Positions 1-9,009 of a DNA stretch of 64,000 nucleotides are shown here, piece by piece; the stretch's first letter is position 1, and each line of letters opens with the position of its first letter. Below the pieces are notes generated by a model, which worked only from the letters and a program-made list of their open reading frames with translations, made no database searches and was not told the DNA's origin. Where the stretch lies: NCBI GenBank assembly GCA_963717505.1, contig OY970342.1, positions 896,001 through 960,000 of the forward strand. The letters are read 5' to 3'. Origin of the DNA: Candidatus Eiseniibacteriota bacterium. Lineage in GTDB: Bacteria; Eisenbacteria; RBG-16-71-46. The position numbers and the translations under genes were made by a program.

Positions 1-2
1 CG

Positions 3-824
3 CGGCGTCCCAGGTTCCTGGCCATCGTTTCATCCGACTCCCTGGCCACCATGCTCGCGCGCAAGGCCAGCGGGCGTGTGGACGGGTTCGTGATCGAGGG
101 CCCAACCGCCGGAGGCCACAACGCGCCACCGCGCGACAAGACCGCATTCACCGAGCGCGGCGAGCCCCAGTACGGTGAGCGCGACGTGCCGAACCTCGAG
201 AAGATCAGGAGCCTGGGCCTGCCGTTCTGGCTGGCCGGTGGCGAGGGGAGCCCCGCCCGCGTGCGTGAAGCGCTCGCAGCCGGGGCCGCGGGCGTGCAGG
301 TCGGAACGCTTTTCGCCTATTCCGAGGAATCAGGCCTGCGCGCCGACATCAAGCACCGTCTGATCGAACGGGCGCGCCAAGGCGCGATCGACGTCCTGAC
401 CGACGGCCGCGCCTCCCCCACCGGCTTCCCATTCAAGATCGTGGCGCTCGAGCACAGCATGTCGGAGTCGGCCGACTACACCGACCGCGAGCGGGTCTGC
501 GATCTCGGCTACTTGCGCATCGCCTACCGGCGTGAGGACGGAGGCATCGGTTACCGCTGTCCGTCGGAGCCAGTCGACGCCTACTTGTTCAAAGGCGGCG
601 CCGAGGAGGAGACCGTGGGGCGGAAGTGTCTGTGCAACTCCCTGATGGCCAACATCGGCCTGGGGCAGACGCGCGACGGGGGTGACGAACTGCCGCTCAT
701 CACCAGTGGCGACGATCTCGCGAACCTCAAGGAGTTCCTCGGGGACCGCGACTCCTACAGCGCAACCGACGTCGTCGAGTATCTGCTCTCGGGTTTGGAC
801 TCGGAGACCATGGCAAACCACTGA
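3..824 (+). CDS. Nitronate monooxygenase / 2-nitropropane dioxygenase-like FMN enzyme (5' truncated by window edge)
   Basis: Frame is open from base 3. Motifs VDGFVIEGPTAGGHNAPPR, PFWLAGG and AGAAGVQVGTLF are typical of NMO/FabK-like TIM-barrel flavoproteins. Confidence 0.75.
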   Translation, partial: RRPRFLAIVSSDSLATMLARKASGRVDGFVIEGPTAGGHNAPPRDKTAFTERGEPQYGERDVPNLEKIRSLGLPFWLAGGEGSPARVREALAAGAAGVQVGTLFAYSEESGLRADIKHRLIERARQGAIDVLTDGRASPTGFPFKIVALEHSMSESADYTDRERVCDLGYLRIAYRREDGGIGYRCPSEPVDAYLFKGGAEEETVGRKCLCNSLMANIGLGQTRDGGDELPLITSGDDLANLKEFLGDRDSYSATDVVEYLLSGLDSETMANH

Positions 825-898
825 CGCCAGGAGCGGTCCACGGTTCATCCCCGCCGTTTCCGGGGCGGTATTCGCTTCGCACGCGTTAGGATCTGTGC

Positions 899-3566
899 AT
901 GCGCGCCACTCCCTCCGGCCCTCGCCCCACTCCCGCCCCCGGCTTTCGCGAGCTCTCGCGGCGGGAGATCGAGCAGTCGATCGTCGACCGTTTTCAGCAC
1001 CAGGTCGCCGAGCATGCCGAGCGCCTTGCGGTGCGATCGGCGGATCACTCGCTCACCTATCGGGAGCTGGATCAGTGGGCCAACCACATCGCACAGGCGA
1101 TTCTTGCCCGCCGCGGCCAGGGCGCGGAGCCGGTTGCCTTGCTCCTCGACCAGGGCGCACCGGCGATCGCATGCGTTCTGGCAGTGCTCAAGGCCGGCAA
1201 GATGTACCTGCCGCTCGATCCGGCGCACCCCGCGGCGCGCAACACGCATCTGCTTCAGGACGCCGGGGCGCGCTTCGCTCTCACCGATGCAGCGCACCTC
1301 GCATACGCGATCGCGATTGCGCCCGAGCCATCGTGCGTGCTGAGCATCGACGACCTCGATCCCACGATTTCTGCGATCGACCCCGCGTTGCCGCTGAGCG
1401 GTGACACTCACGCCTATCTCTTCTACACATCCGGATCCACGGGACACCCCAAGGGGGTGTACGACACGCACCGGAACGTGCTGCACAACGTCATGCGGTA
1501 CACCAACAGCCTGTGCATCTCGGCACACGATCGATTGACGCTCCTGCAATCGCCGAGTTTCAGCGGGTCCGTGTCGAGCCTGTTCAGCGCCCTCCTAAAC
1601 GGTGCCGCGGTATTCCCCTACGACGTGCGCCGGCAGGGTCTGGGCGGGCCGCTGGCGGCCTGGCTGAACCGCGAAGCAATCACCGTGTATCACTCGGTGC
1701 CGTCGATCTTCAGGAGTATCGCGCTCGATGATCAGCGGTATCCGACCGTACGGGTGGTGCGGCTCGAGGGTGATGCCGCGTCTCATGTCGACGTCGAGAT
1801 CTTCCGTAGGCATTTTGCGCCCGACAGCCTCCTGGTTCACGGCCTCGGCGCCACCGAGACCGGAATCACCCGGCAGTTCTTCGTCGACTCGCGAACCACC
1901 GTGCCGCAAGGAATCGTTCCGCTCGGCTATGCGACCACCGACATGCAGACCCTGCTGGTGGACGATGCTGGCGACCGCATCGGCGCCGGCGCGCTGGGTG
2001 AGATCACGATTCGTAGCCGGTACCTCGCCGTGGGCTACTGGAAGAATCCCGAGCTGACCCGCGATGCGTTTCTCGACGATCCCGATGGCTCGGACCAGCG
2101 CCTGTATCGGACCGGCGACCTGGGTCGCATGCGCGACGACGGATGCCTGGAGTACGCGGGACGCAAGAACTCCCTGATCAAGGTGCGCGGGCATCGCGTC
2201 GACGCGAGCGAGGTCGAGAACGCCTTGCTCGGCATCGACGGCATTCGCGAAGCTGCGGTCACCGTGCTGGCGGACGATTCCGGCGAGGCCCATCTGGTGG
2301 CCTATCTCGTTTCCACGATTCAGCCACAACCCCGGATCTCGCATCTCCGAACCCGGCTGGCGGAGGCGCTGCCCGACTTCCTGATTCCAACGCGATTCGT
2401 CTTCCTGCCTGCACTGCCCCTGAGCGACAACGGCAAGGTGGATCGCAAACGTCTCCCCGCGCCGGGAGCCGGGAACGCCGAGTACCGCGTCGAATACGTC
2501 GCGCCACGCACCGCTCTCGAGCGTGCGATCGCCGGAATCTGGGAATCGATCCTGCGCACGAGCCCAATCGGTTTGCACGACGATTTCTTCGACCTGGGCG
2601 GCGACTCGCTCCTGGCCGCGACGATGTGCGTCGCGGTCGCGAAGATTCACGACGGCAACCCCACGCTGTCGCTGTTGGTCGAAGCGCCGACCCTCGAACG
2701 CTTTGCCGAGCACCTGGAGCGTGGCTTGGCCGGGACCCACTCGGTCCTGGTACCGATTCAGACGACGGGAGCCAAGCCCCCGTTCTTCTGCGTTCACGCG
2801 CACCACGGCAACGTCCTGAGCTTTGCGGCGCTCTCGCGAGCGATGGGCTCCGATCAGCCATTCTACGGACTGCAATCGGATGGCGTGGCGCGGTGATTCT
2901 TCCGCCTTCATGCGCATCGAGGACATGGCGGCGCGCTACGTTCAAGAACTGCGAGCCGTGCAGCCACGAGGCCCCTATGCGCTTGGCGGGTTCTGCCTCG
3001 GCGGCGTGGTCGCGTTCGAAATGTCGAGACAGCTGACGGCCGATGGCGAGCGGGTCGCGCACTTGATCCTGATCGACAACAACCCGACCGAGTTTGCCGG
3101 CGTCGTGCCGCCCGACGCGCTCCGGAGATTCCGGCGTCTTCACCTCCGGAGGCGGTTCGCCCGGCATTCCGCGGAAGTGGCGAAGCTCGGGGTCGTTCGC
3201 GGTCTCGCCTACCTCGCCGGGGGCGCCGGAAGCAAGGCTCGCGGCGCACTCTGGAATCTCGCCATCGGTGTCTGCGCATCGTTCCACCTGCCCGTTCCGG
3301 CCATGCTGCGCGATGTGGTGCGCGCGAATCGCCGCGCCTTGGAGTCCTACCAACCCGGATCCTTCCGGGGCCGCGTGACCCTCGTTCTGCCGGAAGAAGA
3401 TCGGGAGTTGTTCGCCAGCGACCCGCTCGTAGATTGGGGAGCGCTCGCCAAGGGCGGTTACTCCGTGCACTTCGTGCGAGGAGCCACCGGAGCGTTCTTC
3501 CGACACCCTCATGTGACGAAGCTGGCCGCGACACTGGTCGACGTGCTCCGCGCCCCCGATGGCTGA
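899..3566 (+). CDS. Monomodular NRPS-like protein (A-PCP-TE), split by one frameshift near 2885
   Basis: A-domain motifs YTSGSTGHPKG, YRTGDLG and NGKVDR, PCP motif FFDLGGDSL, TE start PFFCVHAHHGNV. The TE continues in ORF 2823..3566 (IEDMAARYV..GPYALGGFCLGG). Confidence 0.85.
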
Positions 3567-3596
3567 TCGCGGGCCGGCGCGTGTAGAGTCCGCGCC

Positions 3597-4463
3597 ATGC
3601 GCCCCTCGCGCCCCGACGACTTCCGACTGCCCGACCTGCGCTTCGTGCCGGTCGATTCGCTGGTTCCCCACGAGCAGCACGACACCCAGCGCATGGATCC
3701 GCTGGTCGAGCGATTCCGCGAGCAGGCGATGCTCAAGAACCCGCCGGTGGTTACGCCGCTGCCCGAAAAGCACGGCGACGGCCTCCCGCCGCGCTACATG
3801 GTGCTCGATGGCGCCAATCGCTCGACCGCGGCCAAGGCGGCAGGGCTGCCGCACATCGTGGTCCAGGTCGCGCGCTACGAGCAACCATGGGTCGAGCTGT
3901 CGACCTGGGATCACGCGTTGGCCGAGTGTCCGCCCTCGGCTTTCGAGACGGCGTGCCGGTCGCTCGACGGTCTCGATTGCCGGCGCGAGCCCCTGCTCCA
4001 GGCTCGCGCCCAGCTCGCGCGGCGTGACGCTCTGGCCTACGCGGTCCACGACGACTCGACCGCGTTGGTGTTCCACGGCCATCCGGCGCTCGGTGAGCGC
4101 AATCGCATGCTCAACTCGATCGTCGACACCTATCGCAGCCGGCGCTTCTATCGCATGTCGACCGAGTCGGTCGAAGTCATGCGCGAGCGGCACCCGGACG
4201 CGACCGTGCTGGTCGTGTTCCCGCACTTCGAGCCCGCCGAGGTTCTCGAGCTGGCGACCGACGGCGAGCGACTCCCGGCTGGCATCACGCGGCATCTGAT
4301 CCGCTGGCGGGCGCTCCGCGTGAACGTGCCGATGGACCTGCTCGGCGATGCCCAACGCTCGATCGACGACAAGAATCAGTGGCTCGAGCGTCACGTGCGC
4401 GAGCGCTTCGACCAGCGTGCCGTGCGTTTCTACGAGGAGCCAACGGTTCTGTTCGATGAGTAG
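3597..4463 (+). CDS. ParB/Srx-fold protein, SbnI/SerK-like putative free L-serine kinase
   Basis: LVPHE..R, NPPVVTPL, YMVLDGANR and C-terminal LPAGITRH..RALRVNVP resemble SbnI-family motifs as I recall them (not searched). Confidence 0.6.
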   Translation: MRPSRPDDFRLPDLRFVPVDSLVPHEQHDTQRMDPLVERFREQAMLKNPPVVTPLPEKHGDGLPPRYMVLDGANRSTAAKAAGLPHIVVQVARYEQPWVELSTWDHALAECPPSAFETACRSLDGLDCRREPLLQARAQLARRDALAYAVHDDSTALVFHGHPALGERNRMLNSIVDTYRSRRFYRMSTESVEVMRERHPDATVLVVFPHFEPAEVLELATDGERLPAGITRHLIRWRALRVNVPMDLLGDAQRSIDDKNQWLERHVRERFDQRAVRFYEEPTVLFDE

Positions 4464-4508
4464 CTCGTTCGCCTGGCCGGCGCTCTGGGCCGGCGAGGTA
4501 GCCCCCCG

Positions 4509-5537
4509 GTGAAGGCGGTCGCCTTCGACCGCTTCGGCGGCCCTGAAGTCCTCGAGTACCGCGACCTTCCCGACCCGGTAGCCGGGCCCGACGACGTGCT
4601 GATCGCCGTGCGTGCCTGCGGCATCAACCATCTCGACCTGTGGGTGCGCGGCGGACTGCGCGGCCTCGACGTCGAAATGCCGCACATCCTGGGGAACGAC
4701 GTGGTCGGCGAGGTGCTGTCGGCGGGCGCCAACGTGCGCGACTGGAAGCCGGGGGATCGCACCCTCGTGCTCCCTACACTTTCGTGCGGCGCGTGCGAGT
4801 CGTGTGCGCGCGGCGACGACAATCTGTGTCGCGATTACGACGTGCTCGGCCGGCGGCGCAACGGCGGCTACGCCGAGCAGGTCGCGGTGCCGGCGCGCAA
4901 CTGCCTGCCCTACCCCGAGAATCTGGAATGGAGCGATGCCGCGGCGATGCCGCTGGTCTCACTCACCGCATGGCACATGCTGGTCGGGCGGGCGAAGCTC
5001 CAGGCGGGGGAAGACGTGCTGGTGATCGGCGCCGGCAGCGGCGTCGGCAGCGCAGCAATCCAGATCGGCCGGCTTCTCGGCGCGCGCGTGATCGCGACGG
5101 CCGGCAGTGCAGGGAAGCTCGAACGCGCCCGGCGGCTCGGCGCAAACGATGTGATCGATCACGCCACTCAGGACATTGCGGCCGAAGCCAGACGGCTGAC
5201 CGACAAGAAGGGCGTCGAGGTCGTGTTCGAGCACGTCGGCGGTCGTGTGTTCGAGCAGGGTGTGACGGCACTCGCCCGCAACGGGCGTCTCGTGACCTGT
5301 GGCGCCACGATCGGCAGTCAGGTCACGCTCGACATCAACCTGCTGTTCGGCCGTCACCTCTCGCTCATGGGCTCGTGGATGGGCCGTCGCGACGAGCTGG
5401 TGGCGGCACTCGAGCACATTCGCGCCGGAAGTCTGAAGCCGGTCGTGGATTCGGTGATGCCCCTTGCGGAGGCGCGCCGCGCGCACGAACGCATCGAAGC
5501 TCGCGAGCACTTCGGCAAGATCGTCCTGGTCCCCTGA
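4509..5537 (+). CDS. Zinc-binding alcohol dehydrogenase / quinone oxidoreductase (MDR family)
   Basis: MKAVAF..GGPEVL, structural-Zn motif CGACESC..C, GAGSGVG nucleotide-binding loop, HFGKIVL terminus. Confidence 0.9.
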   Translation: MKAVAFDRFGGPEVLEYRDLPDPVAGPDDVLIAVRACGINHLDLWVRGGLRGLDVEMPHILGNDVVGEVLSAGANVRDWKPGDRTLVLPTLSCGACESCARGDDNLCRDYDVLGRRRNGGYAEQVAVPARNCLPYPENLEWSDAAAMPLVSLTAWHMLVGRAKLQAGEDVLVIGAGSGVGSAAIQIGRLLGARVIATAGSAGKLERARRLGANDVIDHATQDIAAEARRLTDKKGVEVVFEHVGGRVFEQGVTALARNGRLVTCGATIGSQVTLDINLLFGRHLSLMGSWMGRRDELVAALEHIRAGSLKPVVDSVMPLAEARRAHERIEAREHFGKIVLVP

Positions 5538-5539
5538 GC

Positions 5540-5939
5540 ATGTCGCGCATCGTGCTCTCCACGATCGGCTCGCTCGGCGACTTGCATCCCTTTCTGGCGC
5601 TCGGCCGTGAACTCAGGGCGCGCAGCCACGACGTCGTGCTCGCGACCCATGGCATCTACCGTGACGCCGCGGCCCGAGCCGGGCTGGCCTTCCATCCCAT
5701 GCGCCCCGGCGCCGCCCTTCAGCCACGACCAGCCCGACAACGCCCGGCGCTGCATCGAGCTGGGCGTGGCGCGGGCGGTTCGCCGGAATCGGGTGCGCGC
5801 CGACCGGCTGGCGCGAGAAGTCCGCGCCGTGTTGGACGACCCGGTGATGGCCGAAAAGGCCCGGAGGATCGGCGACCAAATTCGGGCCGAGCCAGGAGTC
5901 CGGGCCGCGGCGGACACGATCGGGGCGCTCGAAGATTAG
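5540..5939 (+). pseudogene. GT1 glycosyltransferase remnant with large internal deletion
   Basis: N-terminus MSRIVLSTIGSLGDLHPFLALG..AGLAFHPMRP joins out of frame near 5712 to C-terminal PFSHDQPDNARR..LGV. Total length is only 400 bp. Confidence 0.8.
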
Positions 5940-6011
5940 GCTTGCGGCGCCCGGTTCGACTGGGCGTAGAGTGGGGTGTCCGCGCGGACAGTTCCGTTAG
6001 ACGACCCTAAC

Positions 6012-6035
6012 GCAACTTGCCGCGAGGCAAGTTGC
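6012..6035. repeat. Perfect 10-bp inverted repeat with GCGA loop
   Basis: GCAACTTGCC-GCGA-GGCAAGTTGC in the intergenic region. Confidence 0.7.
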
Positions 6036-6085
6036 CCCGCAGAGACCGGGCACTCCTGGAACATGATCGGGGTAGGAAGATTGTC

Positions 6086-6685
6086 ATGAGAAGCCTGATT
6101 TCGCTCCTGGTTCTCGGTCTGCTCGCGGTTCCCGGAATCGCGCGGTCGGCCGACAGCAAATGGACGCTCTCCGGCCAGGCCGGTATCGCCACCGGCGACC
6201 AGACGGCGCCGTCGTTCGCCTGGCGCGCCGGGCTCCTGCACTGGCACACCACGGGCGCCGGCATCGGCGTCCAGTTCGGCCGGATGCGCTGGGAAGCGCG
6301 CAACCAAGGGGTGTCGTATTCCGCGGACGCTACGCCGTTCGAGGGTCTCGAGCAGGGCGGCGACGAGTTGTACGACTTGTCCGGTGAACTGCGTTTCCGG
6401 AGCAGCGAGGGCAACGGACGCGGCGCGTTCATCGCAATCGGCGCCGGTAGCTACTGGCAGAACGCTCGCGACGAGATGCTCTATGCCGCCCCCGCCAACG
6501 CCTACATCCGCATGCCCGCGGACTACGAAGACGGCGAAGCCCATCTCGGCTGGCACGTGGCGGTCGGCGGCATGGGCATCAAGGGGCTCGCGCCCGGCGC
6601 CGAATTCCGCTTCGACTGGATCGATTCCAGCCCCGGGCCCAGCGCCTACTTCACCGCGAGCGCCGCACTGCACCTGAGCCGCTAG
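6086..6685 (+). CDS. Secreted hypothetical protein, possible small outer-membrane beta-barrel
   Basis: Signal peptide MRSLISLLVLGLLAVPGIARSA, alternating aromatic/Gly beta-strand pattern, AGGAAG upstream of the ATG. Confidence 0.55.
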   Translation: MRSLISLLVLGLLAVPGIARSADSKWTLSGQAGIATGDQTAPSFAWRAGLLHWHTTGAGIGVQFGRMRWEARNQGVSYSADATPFEGLEQGGDELYDLSGELRFRSSEGNGRGAFIAIGAGSYWQNARDEMLYAAPANAYIRMPADYEDGEAHLGWHVAVGGMGIKGLAPGAEFRFDWIDSSPGPSAYFTASAALHLSR

Positions 6686-6817
6686 GAGCGACGCGGGAAA
6701 GCTCCTGATCCCGCTAATAGTAGTGGGGCCCTGCCCCCGTATTCCCGCCCAACCCGCTGGGCCGGACTGGCTTACCCGGTTCATTCGAGATTTATCCACC
6801 TCGCGACGATTTTCCTC

Positions 6818-6846
6818 TTGACGATAGTCGTTATCACGACTATCGT
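6818..6846 (+). promoter_or_regulatory. Sigma70-type promoter overlapped by an 11-bp perfect inverted repeat (probable MarR operator)
   Basis: TTGACG (6818-6823), 17-bp spacer, TATCGT (6841-6846). Palindrome ACGATAGTCGT-TATC-ACGACTATCGT at 6821-6846. Confidence 0.75.
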
Positions 6847-6853
6847 GATGCCC

Positions 6854-7321
6854 ATGACACGACACCTGCGTGACCAGATCCGGCAGAGCAAGCCGTTCGA
6901 GAGCCTCAGCACCGAGGTCTATCTCGAGATCCTGAAGACCTCGCAAACCGCGGGGCGCTGGGTGGTCGAGGCGCTGAAGCCCAGCAGTCTCACTCCCGCC
7001 CAGTTCAATGTCCTTCGGATCCTGAGAGGCAGTCCCGACGGGCTCACGTGCAGCCAGATTTCCGAGCGCATGATCAATCCCGACCCCGACGTCACCCGCT
7101 TGCTCGATCGGCTGGCGGCGGCGGGCCTTGTCGAGAAGCAGCGCAACGACCGCGACCGTCGCGTGGTCGACGTCGTGATCACCAAGACCGGACTCAAGGC
7201 CACCGAGCAGGCGTCGAATGCCGTGCGCTCGCGGCTCGAGTCCGAGATGAAGACCCTGAGCGCCACCCAGCTGAACACTCTCGCGGACCTGCTCGAGCTG
7301 GTTCGCGGCGACGAAGACTGA
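6854..7321 (+). CDS. MarR family transcriptional regulator
   Basis: LTPAQFNVLRIL, PDVTRLLDRL..GLVEKQR..DRRVV.V.IT..G. Alternative in-frame ATG at 6848. Confidence 0.92.
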   Translation: MTRHLRDQIRQSKPFESLSTEVYLEILKTSQTAGRWVVEALKPSSLTPAQFNVLRILRGSPDGLTCSQISERMINPDPDVTRLLDRLAAAGLVEKQRNDRDRRVVDVVITKTGLKATEQASNAVRSRLESEMKTLSATQLNTLADLLELVRGDED

Positions 7322-7354
7322 CGACACCGAAACCCTCAATCCAAGGAGAATGCC

Positions 7355-8236
7355 ATGGAAACCGGAAAAGACCTGATCGTCATCACCGGAGCCACCGGAC
7401 AGCAGGGCGGAGCGATCGCGAGCGAGCTGCTCGCCAAAGGCCACAAAGTGCGCGCCGTCACCCGCAAACCAGACTCGCCGAATGCGCAGGATCTGAAGCG
7501 CCGCGGCGCTGAAGTCGTCTCCGGCGACCTCGACGACAAGGCCTCGATCGAGCGCGCGGTCACCGGCGCGTGGGGCCTCTACGCTGTCCAGAACACCTGG
7601 GAAGCCGGCGTCGAGAAGGAAGAAGAGCAAGGCAAGCGACTGGCCGAGATCGCGCGCAACAAGGGCGTCCAGCACATCGTCTACTCGTCGGTCGCCTCCG
7701 CCCAGCGAAAGACCGGCATTCCCCACTTCGAGAACAAGTGGCGCGTGGAAGAGAAGATCCGCAGCCTAAACTTCCCCTCGTACGTGATCCTGCGGCCCGT
7801 GTTCTTCATGGAGAACTTCATCGGCCCGTTCTTCCTGCCCTACATCCAGCAGGGCAACCTGGCGTTCGGGATGGAGCCGACCACCGTGTTGCAGATGATC
7901 GCGGTGAGCGACATCGGCAAGTACGGCCTGCAGGCGTTCGAGCGGCACGCGGAGCTCAAGAACCGCGCGATCGACATCGCGGGCGATCAGAAGACCGGTC
8001 CCGATATGGCGAAGATCCTGGCCCCGGCCGTGGGCCACGCGCTGAACTTCTTCCGGGTCCCGATCGGCGAGATCCGCAAGGTCAGCGAGGACTACGCCAT
8101 CATGCTCGAATGGTTCGATCGCGTCGGCTACGACGTCGACATCGATAAGAACGCGAAGGAATTCGGAATCCGTCCGACGACGCTCGCCGAGTGGGCCCCC
8201 ACCGCGCAGTGGGCTCCCGCGCCGGCGGCGCGCTAG
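7355..8236 (+). CDS. NmrA/HSCARG family NAD(P)-binding protein
   Basis: ITGATGQQGG, IPHFENKW..E, LRPVFFMEN. AAGGAG RBS upstream. Confidence 0.92.
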   Translation: METGKDLIVITGATGQQGGAIASELLAKGHKVRAVTRKPDSPNAQDLKRRGAEVVSGDLDDKASIERAVTGAWGLYAVQNTWEAGVEKEEEQGKRLAEIARNKGVQHIVYSSVASAQRKTGIPHFENKWRVEEKIRSLNFPSYVILRPVFFMENFIGPFFLPYIQQGNLAFGMEPTTVLQMIAVSDIGKYGLQAFERHAELKNRAIDIAGDQKTGPDMAKILAPAVGHALNFFRVPIGEIRKVSEDYAIMLEWFDRVGYDVDIDKNAKEFGIRPTTLAEWAPTAQWAPAPAAR

Positions 8237-8267
8237 ACCCTGACCCAGGGAAAGAGGAGGAATAGCC

Positions 8268-8897
8268 ATGAATCCGAAGTCGGTCGCAGTCGGGGGTCGC
8301 TCATGGCTCAAGTGGTGGATGGCGGTGCTGCTGGTGGGGACCGGCATTGGCGCATTCGCAGCGGTCTCCTACACCGGACTCAAGCAGGCGCCGCCCAAGG
8401 CGTCCCAGGCGCCAAAGATGTCGCGCTCCGAGCTGATCGCGCGCGGCAAACAGATCTCGTTCTCGTCGGCATGCCACGACTGCCACACGCCCGGCGGGCT
8501 CTACGGCAATCCGGACACTCTGCGGATGCTGTCGGGCAGCGAGCTGGGCTGGGAAGGCCCTTGGGGAGTCACCTACCCCCGGAACCTGACACCGGACCGT
8601 GAGACCGGAATCCCGAGCTGGACCGAGGATGACATCATCGCCGCGTTCCGGACCGGGCACCGTCCCGACAAGTCGCCGATCCTGCCGCCCATGCCGTGGC
8701 CCGTGTACGGACACATGAGCGACGACGATGCGCGCGCGCTGGCGGCGTTCATCAAGAGTCTGCCGCCGATCCATCACCAGGTCCCCGATCGAGTTGCCCC
8801 CGGGGTTGCGGTCAACGGTCCTCGGTTGACCTTCCCGCCACCGCCGGCGTGGGACGTGCAGCACTTTCCCAAGCAGCTCGCGGCGAACACAGACTGA
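8268..8897 (+). CDS. Membrane-anchored monoheme cytochrome c
   Basis: N-terminal hydrophobic helix, CHDCH, NLTPD.ETGI..W, PPMPW distal Met. Confidence 0.85.
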   Translation: MNPKSVAVGGRSWLKWWMAVLLVGTGIGAFAAVSYTGLKQAPPKASQAPKMSRSELIARGKQISFSSACHDCHTPGGLYGNPDTLRMLSGSELGWEGPWGVTYPRNLTPDRETGIPSWTEDDIIAAFRTGHRPDKSPILPPMPWPVYGHMSDDDARALAAFIKSLPPIHHQVPDRVAPGVAVNGPRLTFPPPPAWDVQHFPKQLAANTD

Positions 8898-8912
8898 AGT
8901 CGGCTTCACGGC

Positions 8913-8948
8913 CAGGGGGCGGGCTTTCAGGCCCGCCCTCTGCTTTTT
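8913..8948 (+). terminator. Rho-independent terminator
   Basis: CAGGGGGCGGGC-TTTCAG-GCCCGCCCTCTG followed by CTTTTT. Confidence 0.8.
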
Positions 8949-9009
8949 GGTCTGCACTGGCCCCGGGCTCACCCGCCGTCCGACCGATGCCGATGCTATC
9001 TTCGCGACG

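Noticed and set aside
3597-4463. Chromosome-partitioning ParB or a ParB-linked defence gene
   Set aside because: No parA, no HTH/dimerisation region and no defence neighbours. The C-terminal motif fits SbnI-like kinases.
2259-4685. 808-aa minus-strand ORF and similar long shadow ORFs (5936..7726, 12564..14507, 42355..44271)
   Set aside because: They lie opposite clearly identified genes and lack family motifs.
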